A stretch of 64,000 nt of DNA from Octopus vulgaris (Eukaryota): positions 71,300,001 to 71,364,000 of the forward strand of contig OX597828.1 of the NCBI GenBank assembly GCA_951406725.2. The letters run 5' to 3'. A program made the translations under genes and the position numbers. Each line of letters begins with the position of its first letter. Position 1 is the stretch's first letter. Below, one piece after another: positions 40,153 through 52,072 of this stretch. The notes beneath the pieces were generated by a model. It worked only from the letters and a program-made list of their open reading frames with translations, had not been told where the DNA came from and made no database searches.

Positions 40153-42915
40153 TTTATTTATTCTTTTTCTTTCACAAATTCACAAATTATTTTGGTTCTC
40201 TTAGAGAGAGAGAGAGATAGATAGAATGAGAGAATATTTACAGAATCACCAGCGCACAAGGGAACTGGTTGAAATGATGTGCATCAACGCTCTTTTAAAA
40301 AGAGGGTTTCTATTTACATACATGATGTACGAATCATTTTGAAGGTGGCTACTGGGACGTTACTTCACACACCTGCATAATCTTCCAGCTTCATTAAAAA
40401 AAAAAAGATTTTTTTTAAGGTTTTTTTTTTGTTCAGGCCCTATTTGGAACCAAAGATATATAAATAAAACAAAAACAAAGAATTAGGGAGCAAGTTTAAT
40501 CTCTTTAAGGTTGCAAGGTAGTAGTGCTAGGTTAAACACGAGATTAAATCTATTGAGCAATGACAACTAGTCCCTAATTGTGACTGGTAGGGTGTGAGAT
40601 AGTAGTAGTTCACGTGGTGGCAATGAGGACCTTGGTGTATAAAACCTACTTGTTAAGTACAACACATCTACAGTGTGTTAATAATAATAATCATAACATA
40701 TACTAGTGACCTCTATATTTGCTGAACTGAAAAACATTTTCGTTAAGGTAATGTCATTTTTATTGTGTGAATAACCATTTCTCTTTGAGCTAACAACTGC
40801 TTGATTTTTTAAATCTGAGAAGTTGATCTGCCATAAATTCGGGACTGTCCCTAGCTCTACATGTCCATGGATGACTGATCACATAATTATAAGTTATATT
40901 ATCTTCTGCTGAGGATTGTTAATAAATGATAAATAAAGTGGGTTTAAAGATGGTGCTAAGCTGAAGATATCCATGAAACCATTAGATATCAAATGTTAGA
41001 GAGAAATAAGTTATATATAAGAGCCATTAAAAGAAAAAAAAAAAAGAAAATCAACATACCATTTAATAATGATAAAATCTAAAAATGAGTTCATCTTGTT
41101 CTAAGTTCTTTCATTCAACTAAAAACTGCTCAGAAAGAAGTCAACAGTTTTAGAAAAGGGATGGGAATAGGGTACGTATTACCTGAAATTGTTATGGATT
41201 GTTTAAATTTTGAGGAGAAATATTCCTGGATTAATAGAAGCACCATTGCAATAAATATTCCTTGTTTAGCATCCGACTCAAACTAGCATGTACCGAGAGA
41301 GAGTGAGAGAGACAGGTAGAAGGCTATGTATAACATAGAAATATTCTTTTCTATAAGAGAAAAATATACACAGTACATACCAGCCTAGAACCATCTGAAA
41401 ACAAATCCAAATGGTATGAAAACTTCCCAAAATACTGCACTTACTTGAATATATACAATGGCACTTCCTAAGACTCATTTGTTGATTAAGGAACAGGACA
41501 GATCTTGTTGAGACATTTCTTTTGCACTTTATCAAAGAGACACTTGAAGCAGATTAGGCATCGAGTGTTTGTGACAAATTTCTAGTTCAAAACGAGTGAC
41601 TTGTAAGGTTTTTAGCTATTCCGATTTAGATGATTTCCATTGAGAGACAACAATAAATATGTGAAGGACACTCACAGGTTGTTAAAAAGAGAGAACTAAG
41701 TGAAGCAATGTAATACAGACAGCTTAAACGATAATGAATGATAACGAATTAAACAACAGAACTGAGTGAGTGGTGGAATGTCTAGAAAATTACCAAACAC
41801 AAGTCATATTCTGTAGATGATTACTTCTAACTATGAAATAATGCTTTGAAGAATTGAGAAAAAAAGTTCTTTAGGAAAAAAAATTCTTCAAAACATGGAA
41901 GCTTTGAGTTTTGTTTTTTTTAAGAAAAAAATAAAATAATTCAGTTATCTTGAGGAGGGGAAAATGATTAGTTAAGTTAGCTGTTATGAAATCGATATAC
42001 TATAAAGTAACACAGTAAACATTGATTTGATGAGTAAAAACTTTAAACTTAGTAAAATACACTGAAAGTAAGGGTCTAAGTTAAAAAGAAAGTGAAAGTG
42101 GAGAGAAATAACTATTACACAAGGTTTAAATATTTGTATATACATGGCAAAAGTTGAGGCTAACCTTTTAATAAAAGATGCTATGAAATAACATACAGCA
42201 TAAAAAAGTGAAATGACAAATGTTTGAACGAGGAAGTCAAAACTGGGCAACAAACAAATAGAGCAGGGAAAAAGAAAGGAAAGAAAATGAAAACTGCTTA
42301 AATTTATTTTAGATTAAAATGGGAGAGAAAACTGCCTGATAAATTGAAATTTTATTTTAAGCTTCTTAAAGAGTTACTACTCTATTGGGGAGGGAGGGGG
42401 TCCTAATTAGTTATCCTGCTACAAATAGGAGAGATGTGTAGTGCAATGTCGAGGTACGATGTAGGAGACCGTTGGTTGAAGATCTGGAGGCGCTAAGTTC
42501 TTCCAAAGCTGTTCTACTCTCATGAAGGGCACTTAGATTTTTATGAGGTCCGTTGATGGACATGCTAAAAATAAAATGTAATGGTCCAGTGCACATACAC
42601 ACATCAACACATACAAGCACACACACACACACACCATTTCAGAAATGTTACTGTCCCATGTCAGAGTACCCAGGATGAGCAGCTAGATACAGGTAAGATA
42701 CTATAGAGTCAACTTTATACAAAGGTGTTTAATTACATAACTGGAAGGATGTGTATTCTCATTAGTTGGGCCCTTTGCAACTGGAATGTAGTAGGAGCAG
42801 AGCCAGTTATTGTCCCATTCCCTACAACCATAGATGAAAGATTAACGGTGATGGAGAAGATGAGAGAAGTGTGGTAATAATTGTGCTGCTAAAATTCTTT
42901 TTTTTTTTTCCATAT
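40153..42915 (-). other. Probable ~2.8-kb 3'UTR of the PHD-finger gene, ending at overlapping AATAAA signals (40153-40162)
   Basis: Stretch devoid of the otherwise ubiquitous SINEs/LINEs downstream of the stop. Plus-strand TTTATTTATT. Confidence 0.5.
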
Positions 42916-43139
42916 TTAGATACTGATTCTTTTGCTTTCAGTTCTAATTCTATTAGATTTCCGTGTTGTGAATTTTGCTTCTCTACACTGCTGACAAACA
43001 AAAGTTTCAGGAATATTGGATTTTCGAATTTTCGCACAAGATAGGTGGATCCATGTTGAACATTCTGAACATTCAATCATTGGTCTTCCGGCATAGGGTT
43101 TAAGACAATGGCAGGTTATTAAGTCCCAAGATTCGTCAT
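42916..43139 (-). CDS. PHF13: PHF13/PHF23-like protein, terminal exon with PHD finger
   Basis: [52 protein letters not shown] (C4HC3) is near-identical to the vertebrate PHF13/PHF23 PHD. Acceptor (t)nccag, phase 1. Likely a pro-ortholog of both genes. Confidence 0.92.
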
Positions 43140-44850
43140 CTGGAAAAAAAAAAAAAAAAAAATTAATGGTCAAATTTTAAAATTAAGCCGACAAAGAAAA
43201 GACATTTTATGTAATAAATAAAATTATTAGTTTCAAATTTGGGGTGGGATTAGTTAGATTATACTGAGGAGTCAAAGGATTGAAGGCAAAGTCAACCTGG
43301 GTGGAATTTGAACTCAGAATGTGAAGACGCTGCCGAACATTTTCCTGGTATGCTAATAATTCTGCCAGCTTGCCACAGGTGAAAATGAAATGATTGTTAG
43401 ATAACAACATTAGAAATAAAAGCTTCTATGTTCTCTATTCTACATCTCCATATATATGTGTGGGTGTTATTGTCTAACCTATTTAGTTTCACACCCTGGG
43501 ATCACCAGTCAATATATCTAATAATAAAGTTAGGACTGGGAAAATTGTAATCTGTCAAGCTGTATTTCCACACTGCAGTCATTGAATGTGAACAATAGTA
43601 ACCGTGACCTACCAAATAGTGAGGAGAGAAAGAGAGCTTAGATGAGGTGGTGTGCATGTGTGTCAGAAATGACTTGATATAGTTTGGTTAGGACTAAGAA
43701 AAACAAAACAGCAATTAAAAGTCATTCTATAAAAATATAAATAATTATGGTGCCAAGAGAATTATTAATGTGCAATTTCAAAGTAAACTTGATTCAATTT
43801 CCCTTTGTTGAGAGCAAAATTACACAGGTGTTAGTGTCTTCAATTGACATAGTGGTGCCTTTAGAAATATTCACCACTGGCACAAAAGCACACACACACA
43901 CACACATTTTTATGCAAAATTGTCAATTGTCCAGAAAATGTATCATCTGTTATTAAAATTATGCATTGGTAAACTACACTATTTCACCAAACCTAAAGGA
44001 ACCTTGTAGTTGACTTGAGACGACTACACGAGACCTTTAAGGAAGACAAAACACACAACAAAAACCTGTTTTACTAACATAAAAATTACATGCACACACA
44101 TCAATTTTAAATGGTTTTTTTCTCACTTCCTAAAAGTAAATGAAACAAGTGGTTAGGTTGTTGGACTCGATCCCAAGTTCATGTGTCAAATTCCTAGAGC
44201 AGGCACTACATTGTGTCCTTGAGCAAGGCATAGAATTTTACATTGCTCCGTTCTATATAGCTGTAAACAAGTATCGCCCTTGTGTTGGTGTCAGCCGCCC
44301 TCCCCCACCTTCAGCTGTCACATTCTTAATGTTAAGCAGGGGGCGAAGGGTGTGGTCTGTATCTGCTGTGACTACAGACACCCGAGGAACAATTGGCAAA
44401 AACATGGTACAAGCTGCTAGATCATATTCATTTGTGAAGGATTGCTAAGCACAGTAACAAAGTTGTAGAAGGGTAAAGATTCTTTGGTTGTAAAAACAAA
44501 AATCATTAAATTTCAGTTGGTTTTTGAAATAATTGAGCATTTATAAGGCTTCAGTAAAATAACTAACCACTCCATTACTGAAATGGTGTTTAAGGTGGCA
44601 AGCTGGCAGAACCATTAGCACACCAGACAAGATGCTCAACAACCTTTCCTCTGGCTCCATGCTCAGAGTTCAAATCCCTTTAAGGTTAACTTTACCTTTC
44701 ATCTTTTCAGGGTTGATAAAATAATTACCAGTTGAGCACTGGGGGTCAATGTAATCCACTAGCCTCTCCCCCAAAATTTCAGGCCTTGTGCCTATAGAAC
44801 AGGTTTGGAACATAACTTATTGAAAGGTCTTTCTTACAGAAGGCTCAGAC

Positions 44851-45124
44851 CAGTGTTTCTTACGGGGTGGGGTGCACAACACAGGTGGAGTTGGTGGGTC
44901 TTTAGAATAGGGGCAGGGACATAAGTAAATAATATTTGCAATAAAGTTTTCAGTAAAACTACTTTTGAATATACAGGGTGGGTCAAAAGTGACAAAGTCT
45001 GATAGTATATCCCCATGTGGGGGCATCTTTAAACCTTGTGACTATTGACCCACTCGGTATATACATGCTCTATGCAAACTTTCTTTATGGTGGGGCATGG
45101 GATAAAAATGGCTGAGGAACACTG
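44851..45124. mobile_element. hAT-like MITE containing a ~90-bp Tc1/mariner-like MITE (44972-45059)
   Basis: Outer ends cagtgtttctta / tgaggaacactg. Inner ends tacagggtgggtcaaaagtgaca / tgtgactattgacccactcggta. Confidence 0.55.
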
Positions 45125-45620
45125 GTTTAAGACTTCAAAAATGTTTTGTATTACAGAAGCAGGGTTGGTCTCCTTTAAGTTGGTATAGATTAAAAGAGTA
45201 AAGGAGTTAGCAGGTATGAACAGAGACAGTATTTATATAAAGTAAGCTGCATGCATAGCACCTTGGGCGAGTGTTTCTACTATAACCTTGGGCCAACTAA
45301 AGGTTTGTGAATTCATTTGGTAGATGGAAAGTGAAGTAAGCCCATCATACACGTGTGTGGTTGAGCATTGTTATCTTGATATTGTGTGTCTGTTGTAAAC
45401 GAGTGTCACCACCATATAAGTGGTATCGTTTGTTTCCAATTTTCCATGAAAAACTGTCTGCTCATGGGGAAACAAGTGAGGGCTGGCAACAGGAAGGGCA
45501 CTGGGACACAGACAATCTGCCTCATCAAATTCCATCTGACCCAAGCATGGAAAAGCTATGTTAAAACGATGATCATAAGAGAGAGAGATAGACAGACAAA
45601 GAGAAACTAAATCAACTCAC

Positions 45621-46228
45621 CTGATTCTATGGCATCAGGAGAACTTGAATTACTGTGAATACTTTCTCCACAACTTTCAGCTAAACTATCATCATTTTTG
45701 TCGTGAGCGTGCAAATCTAACTTGGGAAAATGAGTGTTAGCTTTCTTTTCTTCCACAACAGGTTCGTATATTTCCTTCTCCACTTTCACAGAGGTCACAG
45801 AATTCTGTGAGACAACCGAGTTACTCTGCAGTTCATCTATGCTAGGTTTTTCCTCCTGTTTTATGTGTGTTTTAAGGTGATGTTCACAGGGAGTGCATTC
45901 CTCTCGCTTCTGCAACTGTACACCCTCTAATTGCTTTACCTTGTCGTCGACCAGTACCTGTTGATGAAGCTTCTGTTTCTGATGAGGAGAGTATTGTTGG
46001 TGTGATGATGACGATGGCGATGACGATGATGATGATGACAAAGATGAAAGATCTGCTTCAACGTTTCTATGATAAAATCCATCTAATCTATTTGAGTTTT
46101 GTTGAGGGATTGAAGAAAGAGAGGGCAACACCGTTGCTTGGACTAACGTGGCCTGGTTCTGTGGCTTCGTGAGCTGCCTCGGGACTAACTGTTGTTTAGG
46201 CTGTACCAGTTGCTTCGTATGCTGTGGC

Positions 46229-46263
<35 letters not shown>

Positions 46264-46650
46264 CTGTTTTAAAAGCTGGAGTTTTGAATGCTGTTTTATA
46301 TGTTGTGGCTGCTGCTGCTGTTGCTGCTGCTGCTGCTTTAGAAACATTGGATGTTTCGGAGACTGTTGCTTCAAAAACTGTTGTTTAGGAGTTGTTTGCG
46401 GGTGTGTAATTCTCTCAGAGAGTCTGCAATTAACTACAGTAGAAGTAGTAGTGGCGGTGGTGGTGGTGGTGGTAAGAGTAGAGGCAATGTTCTCTTGTAC
46501 ACGATCAATTGGCAAATTTTCCTGAAGTGTTTCTGGAATAGATTCTTGCAGACTTCCAGAGGACAGTGAGGCTGTACTGTCCGAAGAATAACTGTCTGCA
46601 GCACTGCCGCCACTGCCAACAGGACTGATATTGTTCTGCTGACGGAGTTC
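45621..46650 (-). CDS. PHF13: PHF13/PHF23-like protein, large low-complexity exon 3 (polyT, polyQ, polyS)
   Basis: 1030-nt open frame between tttctttcag| and G|gtgagt. Phase 0 in and phase 1 out match the neighbouring exons. Confidence 0.88.
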
Positions 46651-46725
46651 CTGAAAGAAAGAAAACATTTGCTGCTCATTTAAAAGTAGACATCAAACTA
46701 AAACCAAAAGTAATTAACTTCGTTT

Positions 46726-47182
46726 CCATTATTTACATTTGATGGATATTTGTCCTCATCTTGTTTGTTGTTAACACAATGTTTCGGCTGATATACCCTC
46801 CAGCCTTCATCAGGTGTCTTGGGGGGGAATTTTGAACCTGGGTTCTCATTCCTAAGGTATTTTTCTATATCATTATTATTATTGGAATCAAACTCAGAAT
46901 CTTGGGGTTAGTAGTTCAGAGCGCGGTCTACTAACCCCAAGATTCCGAGTTCGATTCCAGGCAGTGACCTGAATAATAATAATAATAATAGTAAAGATTA
47001 TGATAACAACAACGTCGAAAAATACCTTAGGAACGAGAACCCAGGTTCGAAATTTCCCCAAGACACCTGAAGAAGGCAGGAGGGTATATCAGCCGAACCG
47101 TGTTAGCAATAAACAAGATGAGGGACAAATATCCATCAAATGTAAATAATGTACATAAATTCCTCCTCTTAAATATAGAACT
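46726..47182. mobile_element. Inverted-dimer insertion of a tRNA-headed, hammerhead-containing retroposon with ~16-bp TSD
   Basis: Arms 46727-46914 and 46928-47151 are reverse complements. Flanks are gtaattaacttcgttt (46710-46725) and gtaattaacttggttt (47183-47198). tRNA-like segment with B box GAGTTCGATTCC at 46947-46958. Confidence 0.85.
46773..46818 (-). ncRNA. Minimal type-I hammerhead ribozyme motif (Penelope-type)
   Basis: Minus strand reads GACAC-CTGATGA-A-GGCTG-gagggtatat-CAGCC-GAAA-CATT-GTGTT. The mirror copy at 47062-47104(+) has CTGAAGA and a mutated GAAC. Confidence 0.7.
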
Positions 47183-48277
47183 GTAATTAACTTGGTTTAG
47201 AAATATTTATCTAACTCTATGAAAATCTCCAATTTTTATCTTAAATTCACAGCCTTTAAAAATACTTCAGTTGCAATGACAACCATTTCTAAATTTCCAA
47301 ACCAGTTTTCCATAATTTTCAGGAGTTGGCTTGGACTCTATCAAGAACTCCACCTTACACACAATAAAAGGTAATTATGAGCCAACAAGGAAGATTTGAC
47401 CTGCAGGAAATAGCAACCAAACCAGAAAACCAATATAGGCTGTATTCTTGGAAATCTATAAGATGGAATAGGCATTGGTTTTGGTCAATCAGCATAGATC
47501 TAACGGTTAGCAACAACTAATGAGAGATCTGGTATGGCATCAGAATGATGTATGAAAAGATTTATAAAAACAATTCTTTCCTCTTACCCAAGCCACTTAA
47601 TAGGAAATCCCACTTCAAATTAGAATTCCTTAAGAAACAAGAATGAAATTTGATATTAAGAAGGTCATCCAGAGGTAGAAACCCTGCTGAGGCAGAGAGT
47701 GGAGCATAGCACACACTTCTGGCTTGCCCAGCTCCTGTCAAACTGTCCAAACCCTGTCAGGAATGGAAATTGGACACGTGATGATGATGATGATGAAATT
47801 CTACTGAAATCTCGTCATTCAAAAATCAGTTCAGATAACCTCACTTTTGGTCCACACACAGCATCTTAAAAGATGGACCTAGACACAGTTTCTGGGGGAG
47901 GAAAAATTAGGATGGGTGGTCATGGCTGGAGTCGCTTTAATTATAAATCTCTTTGATCAGGTCTGTCCTGGAGCTAAACAACAACCACTAACACCTCATT
48001 TCTGGTCTTTGTCACATACGAGTTATCTTAGTACAGCAGACCAATTCTCATTACACACTCTTTATGCTACCCCCTCTCTCCCCTTCACTTTACCCTCCTA
48101 CAAAGTGCCTTAATGCTTTTAATATCAATCCTTTCCTTACCAACGATGTACAGTAGGGTCACTATGAGAAAGGGAATTGGATATTTTTAAATGATAAATG
48201 GATCAACTAGAACAGATATCATGGAATATGTGTGGAACATTTAACTCGTTTTAGAAAAGAATGTGTTATAAACTTAC

Positions 48278-48379
48278 CTCTCTCTTGAGAGATTCATACT
48301 GAGTATAAGAGAGGACTATGGTGCAAAATGTATAGAAATCATCTTTCGTTCTCCTCTTCTTTGCTACCGATGTGTAAGA
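48278..48379 (-). CDS. PHF13: PHF13/PHF23-like protein, exon 2 (SYTSVAKKRRTKDDFYTFCTIVLSYTQYESLKRE)
   Basis: ttcttgcag| and GAG|gtaagt. Matches the conserved PHF13/23 N-terminal KRRRT-EDF-FC-VL-Y motif. Missed by the ORF track. Confidence 0.9.
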
Positions 48380-48917
48380 CTGCAAGAAAATAATACATAA
48401 AGATATATAACAGTTTTATTACAGATATAGCAGACAAATCTCTTTATCCACCAGAATTGGTGAAAGAAGTGTTTTATAAAATGGAATAACTATCAAATGA
48501 AACACATGAGCAAAACATGAACCCCATAGACTGGCAACTTGAAATAGGAACTGACTCACACCACGACAACCCCTCCGATTCATGCCAACATGGAGAACGA
48601 ATATAAAACAATGATGATGAACTGTCCTAGTATTAATTTGATCCACATTTAACCCAATAACATCAGCTAAGTTCAAGGGCTGCGAATTTTGGGGCTTGGG
48701 AGAAAATCGGGAATTTTTATATCTACAGAATAAAAGGTGAATAAATGGCGTTTTTGGTTTTGTGAGCGTTTAGTTCCAGACACTGTTGCATTAACCATTA
48801 ACAGTATAATCAGGACATAATGTGAAGTACTGGCATTAAAACAGATTTAACCCTTTCGCTTTAAAACTAGCCACATCAGACATCTCACACCTACTCTACA
48901 ATGTCATTTTAAAAACA

Positions 48918-49136
48918 TTCAATTCAATTCAATTTTTATTGGCTCAAAAAGCAAAAGCAAGGCCATGTAGGGGGACAGGGAGGGTGTTCATGCAAAGAGT
49001 TCAGGCCATTTCTGGTCAAGAGAGACTTTGAACCGAGCGGTCGTCGGCATCTTCACTATCTTGTCCGGCAGCTTATTCCACGGATCCGCAACCTGGGCGG
49101 AGAAAGCCCCTCTCCTTTGATTGAGATGAAATCGTC
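48918..49136 (-). mobile_element. CR1-like LINE 3' end
   Basis: RRFHLNQRRGAFSAQVADPWNKLPDKIV…FKVSLDQKW with a (TTGAA)n tail. Confidence 0.75.
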
Positions 49137-50797
49137 ATAACGCACGATTAATACAAAACAATGAGACTAAATAAGCAATAGATTTGACAGAATCATCTGA
49201 ATGGTTGATGGTTAATACTTGTAAACAGCAGAGACTTTAGATTTTGTAAAGATGACTGATTGTTCAGACCCTTAGGGACCAAAAGGTCATTAAAAAGAAA
49301 TTATTATTGCTAAGTAGAAATAATGCTTTATTCAAGGAGTTGGTATATCGGGAAATGATATGGTTGTGTGAACTTGAACAGAACAAGTTGTTTCAGGTAA
49401 TTCTTAATTGCTAATTTGAAACATTTCATAAATTGTTGTGTAACAGAGGTCACTAATAGGAATCTTGTAATTAGTCCAAAAGACATCAATCTCGCTGGAA
49501 ATAGAAGCCAAATCTACTTAGGCACGCATAAACAAAACAGTTACTATAATTTAAATATACATTCACCTGTTAACTCTTTTGAGACCATATCTCTAATACA
49601 ATAAAATACACTTGCCTCTGTTTCAATTCATTTTGAAGAAAATTACAAAATTACAAGGAATTCAGCTTTTGACTTTCCCCTCCATCTTATAAAACCAAAT
49701 ATTCTAATAACATACTTTCATTTATAGTTGTATTCTCTTTGCGACATTCTTAAAATCTAAGTTATTATCATTATTATTAAGCTGACATTTAGAACATAAC
49801 AAAAATGGTTCTTTACTCAAATCTTAATTTAATGGCTTAGACCCATTCCTGGTTCTATGATACAAACTTTTAAGGGAACTAAATGAAAACCTTCCATGAA
49901 AATTCCATGTTAATTCAGGTTCCAAACACCAGCTTAATTAAAACAGAGTAATTTTACCAAATTCACTAATATTTTCAAAACAAATCAAGAGCAAAGAGTG
50001 TATTGCAACAGAAATATGATTAATGAAGGTTAAAACATGAACCACTTTATAAAATGAGGTGCTGGACCTTGGTTGGTGATTGGTGACATGATGTTAAAAG
50101 GGTTAGACTGTTTAAATAGGAGTTTATTGTAAAAGGCTCGTTTCTTGTAATTACCAAAGTCCAGTTTGCATCATTTAGTAACAACAGCATGAGCGGTTAA
50201 AATTATTGGCAAAACACCAAATACAATAATCTTTCCATTAGTATTTTGTTGTCCTTTCATAATCAAGCCCAGAAATTTAATTCAATAATTTATGTTAGCA
50301 AATTATTCAATAGGCCACAATCAATGCAGATTATCTGCCTGGTTGCTGTTAGCCACCAGTCCTGGTGATTATTGTGAGATAGGTAACAACAACAACTAAC
50401 AGCTCCAGATATAAATCAGTCGTTTTAGATATTTTTCGCAGTGCATTCACAGCCGCTGCCATGTGAGTAGCACAAAAAGGAATGGTTTCAAATTTCACAT
50501 AATTTCTTTTAAATTAAAACTGCAGGCATTAAAAGGATTTCGGGCCAAACCAGAGCAAGTCTCAGCAACATTGCTGCAAACCCTTACAAATATACACACA
50601 TTCATAATTGTTATTTCTTTCACCATCAACAACTTTTTTCTCAACACAAAAAAAACTCTATATCGTCTCATAACCTGCTAGAAACAACAGCCAAATTTCT
50701 TTCATATCACATTCAATTGTCTTTAAAAAAAAAAAAAGGATAATGTAACCTTAAGATTCTTTTCTGTTTATGACAATATTTATTCCTCTCTATCTGG

Positions 50798-51023
50798 CAG
50801 TGGTGCTCAACCATTTTTTTACCTTTGAACACCTTTAATTCCTATTTTACTCAACCGGACCCCCATAGCTATTTGATGCTTAAAAAAAAATCCTATTATA
50901 TTTTTATAAATAAATATTAAGAATTGTATAAAATGTAAAATATATTGTGTATTGTAGAAGTATATCCAATTTATTGCGCAAATTTTAACAACAAAATCTT
51001 CTAAGGACCTCTGTTGAGAACCA
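50798..51023. mobile_element. hAT/Charlie-like MITE
   Basis: Ends cagtggtgctcaac / gttgagaacca. Confidence 0.5.
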
Positions 51024-51940
51024 GGTTTGAAAACGTTTGACACGGGCATCCGAACTCCTCTGCGGAGCAAAAATAAACAAACCATGGACGACCACAAAGT
51101 TATTTAGCTAAAAGCTAAAAAGAGAATCAATGATGAGATATGAACTTGAAGAAAGGAAAACACAGGAATGAGGCCATAACCTTGTTTACATCGTAGAATA
51201 ACGATGACGACGGGAAAAGACAATCGGAAGAAAAACCGCCGAATTTTGGAAGAGAACATCAGAGCAATGAAATAGATAAAGATACCATGAAGAGATTGGA
51301 CATCAACGGAAGAGGATCATGGGGGGGGGGCAGACCAGACATATCGTTAACAGAATCTAGAAGTGGCTGGAAGATATATGTGTATGTATGTATATAGAAT
51401 ATTGTTAGTAATTATGGAATGGTTAGCAGTGGTAAACATAGAATTGGTTGTTGGTCTTTATACAAACATGCGAATCTTATCGTTAAGATAATCTGTAACA
51501 GGAGAGATTTACACCCCGGCATTTCCCACACACACACGAAAGACGATGAAACTTCACTGAATTTGGAATAACCTGACATTTCACACCTTTCTCCAAGACT
51601 TTGAGTGCAATTAGCAGTTCAGAGAGAGAGAGAGAGTTAGGAGGGGGAGGAGTGATAAAATGACGTAAACAAGGAGGGGGAGGGACGAGGAGGATACAAA
51701 ACAAGAGATGGGGGAAGGTTTCGGACAACGACGATGTCCGTGGTGGTTGGAATATGGTAGAGATTTCCTTCAATTAATAAGTGATGGTCACCGTCAGTAT
51801 ACTGTCGGAACTGATGGCTCGAGATTAAGGAAACCACTTCACAAGCACGTGGCGACGAGTTCGGTTCCAGTGTGCGACACACTGAGCAAACAACAGCATT
51901 CATGAGACAGGTTTTGTGGATGGACGGAAGGGTGGGTCAC

Positions 51941-52072
51941 CTGCGAAGCTGGAATAAAGGGTTTTGCGGTAAAGAGAGGCCCAAGGTTTCGAGAAGAACT
52001 ATCTAGGGAGGATTGCTGGCTCACAATAAATTTATTCTCTATTGCGAACCTTTTTGAAGATATTCTTTTCAT
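51941..52072 (-). CDS. PHF13: PHF13/PHF23-like protein, probable first coding exon (MKRISSKRF…AKPFIPASQ)
   Basis: ATG-initiated 44 codons ending at CAG|gtgacc in phase 0, matching exon 2. CpG-rich sequence (cgagcgcgcgag) lies just upstream. Sequence conservation is weak. Confidence 0.55.

Noticed and set aside
40955-40990. CTGAAGA-tatccat-GAAA motif
   Set aside because: No stem II and no valid stem III/UH; a chance match.
46148-46525. Cys-rich 125-aa plus-strand ORF (metallothionein-like look)
   Set aside because: It is the antisense reading of the CAG/CAA polyQ exon.
46919-46970. Functional tRNA gene
   Set aside because: It lacks the 5' acceptor strand and A box and is embedded in a repeat; treated as a SINE head.
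51181-51320. Alternative first coding exon of the PHD gene (donor at 51180)
   Set aside because: There is an in-frame stop and no ATG in the phase required to join exon 2.
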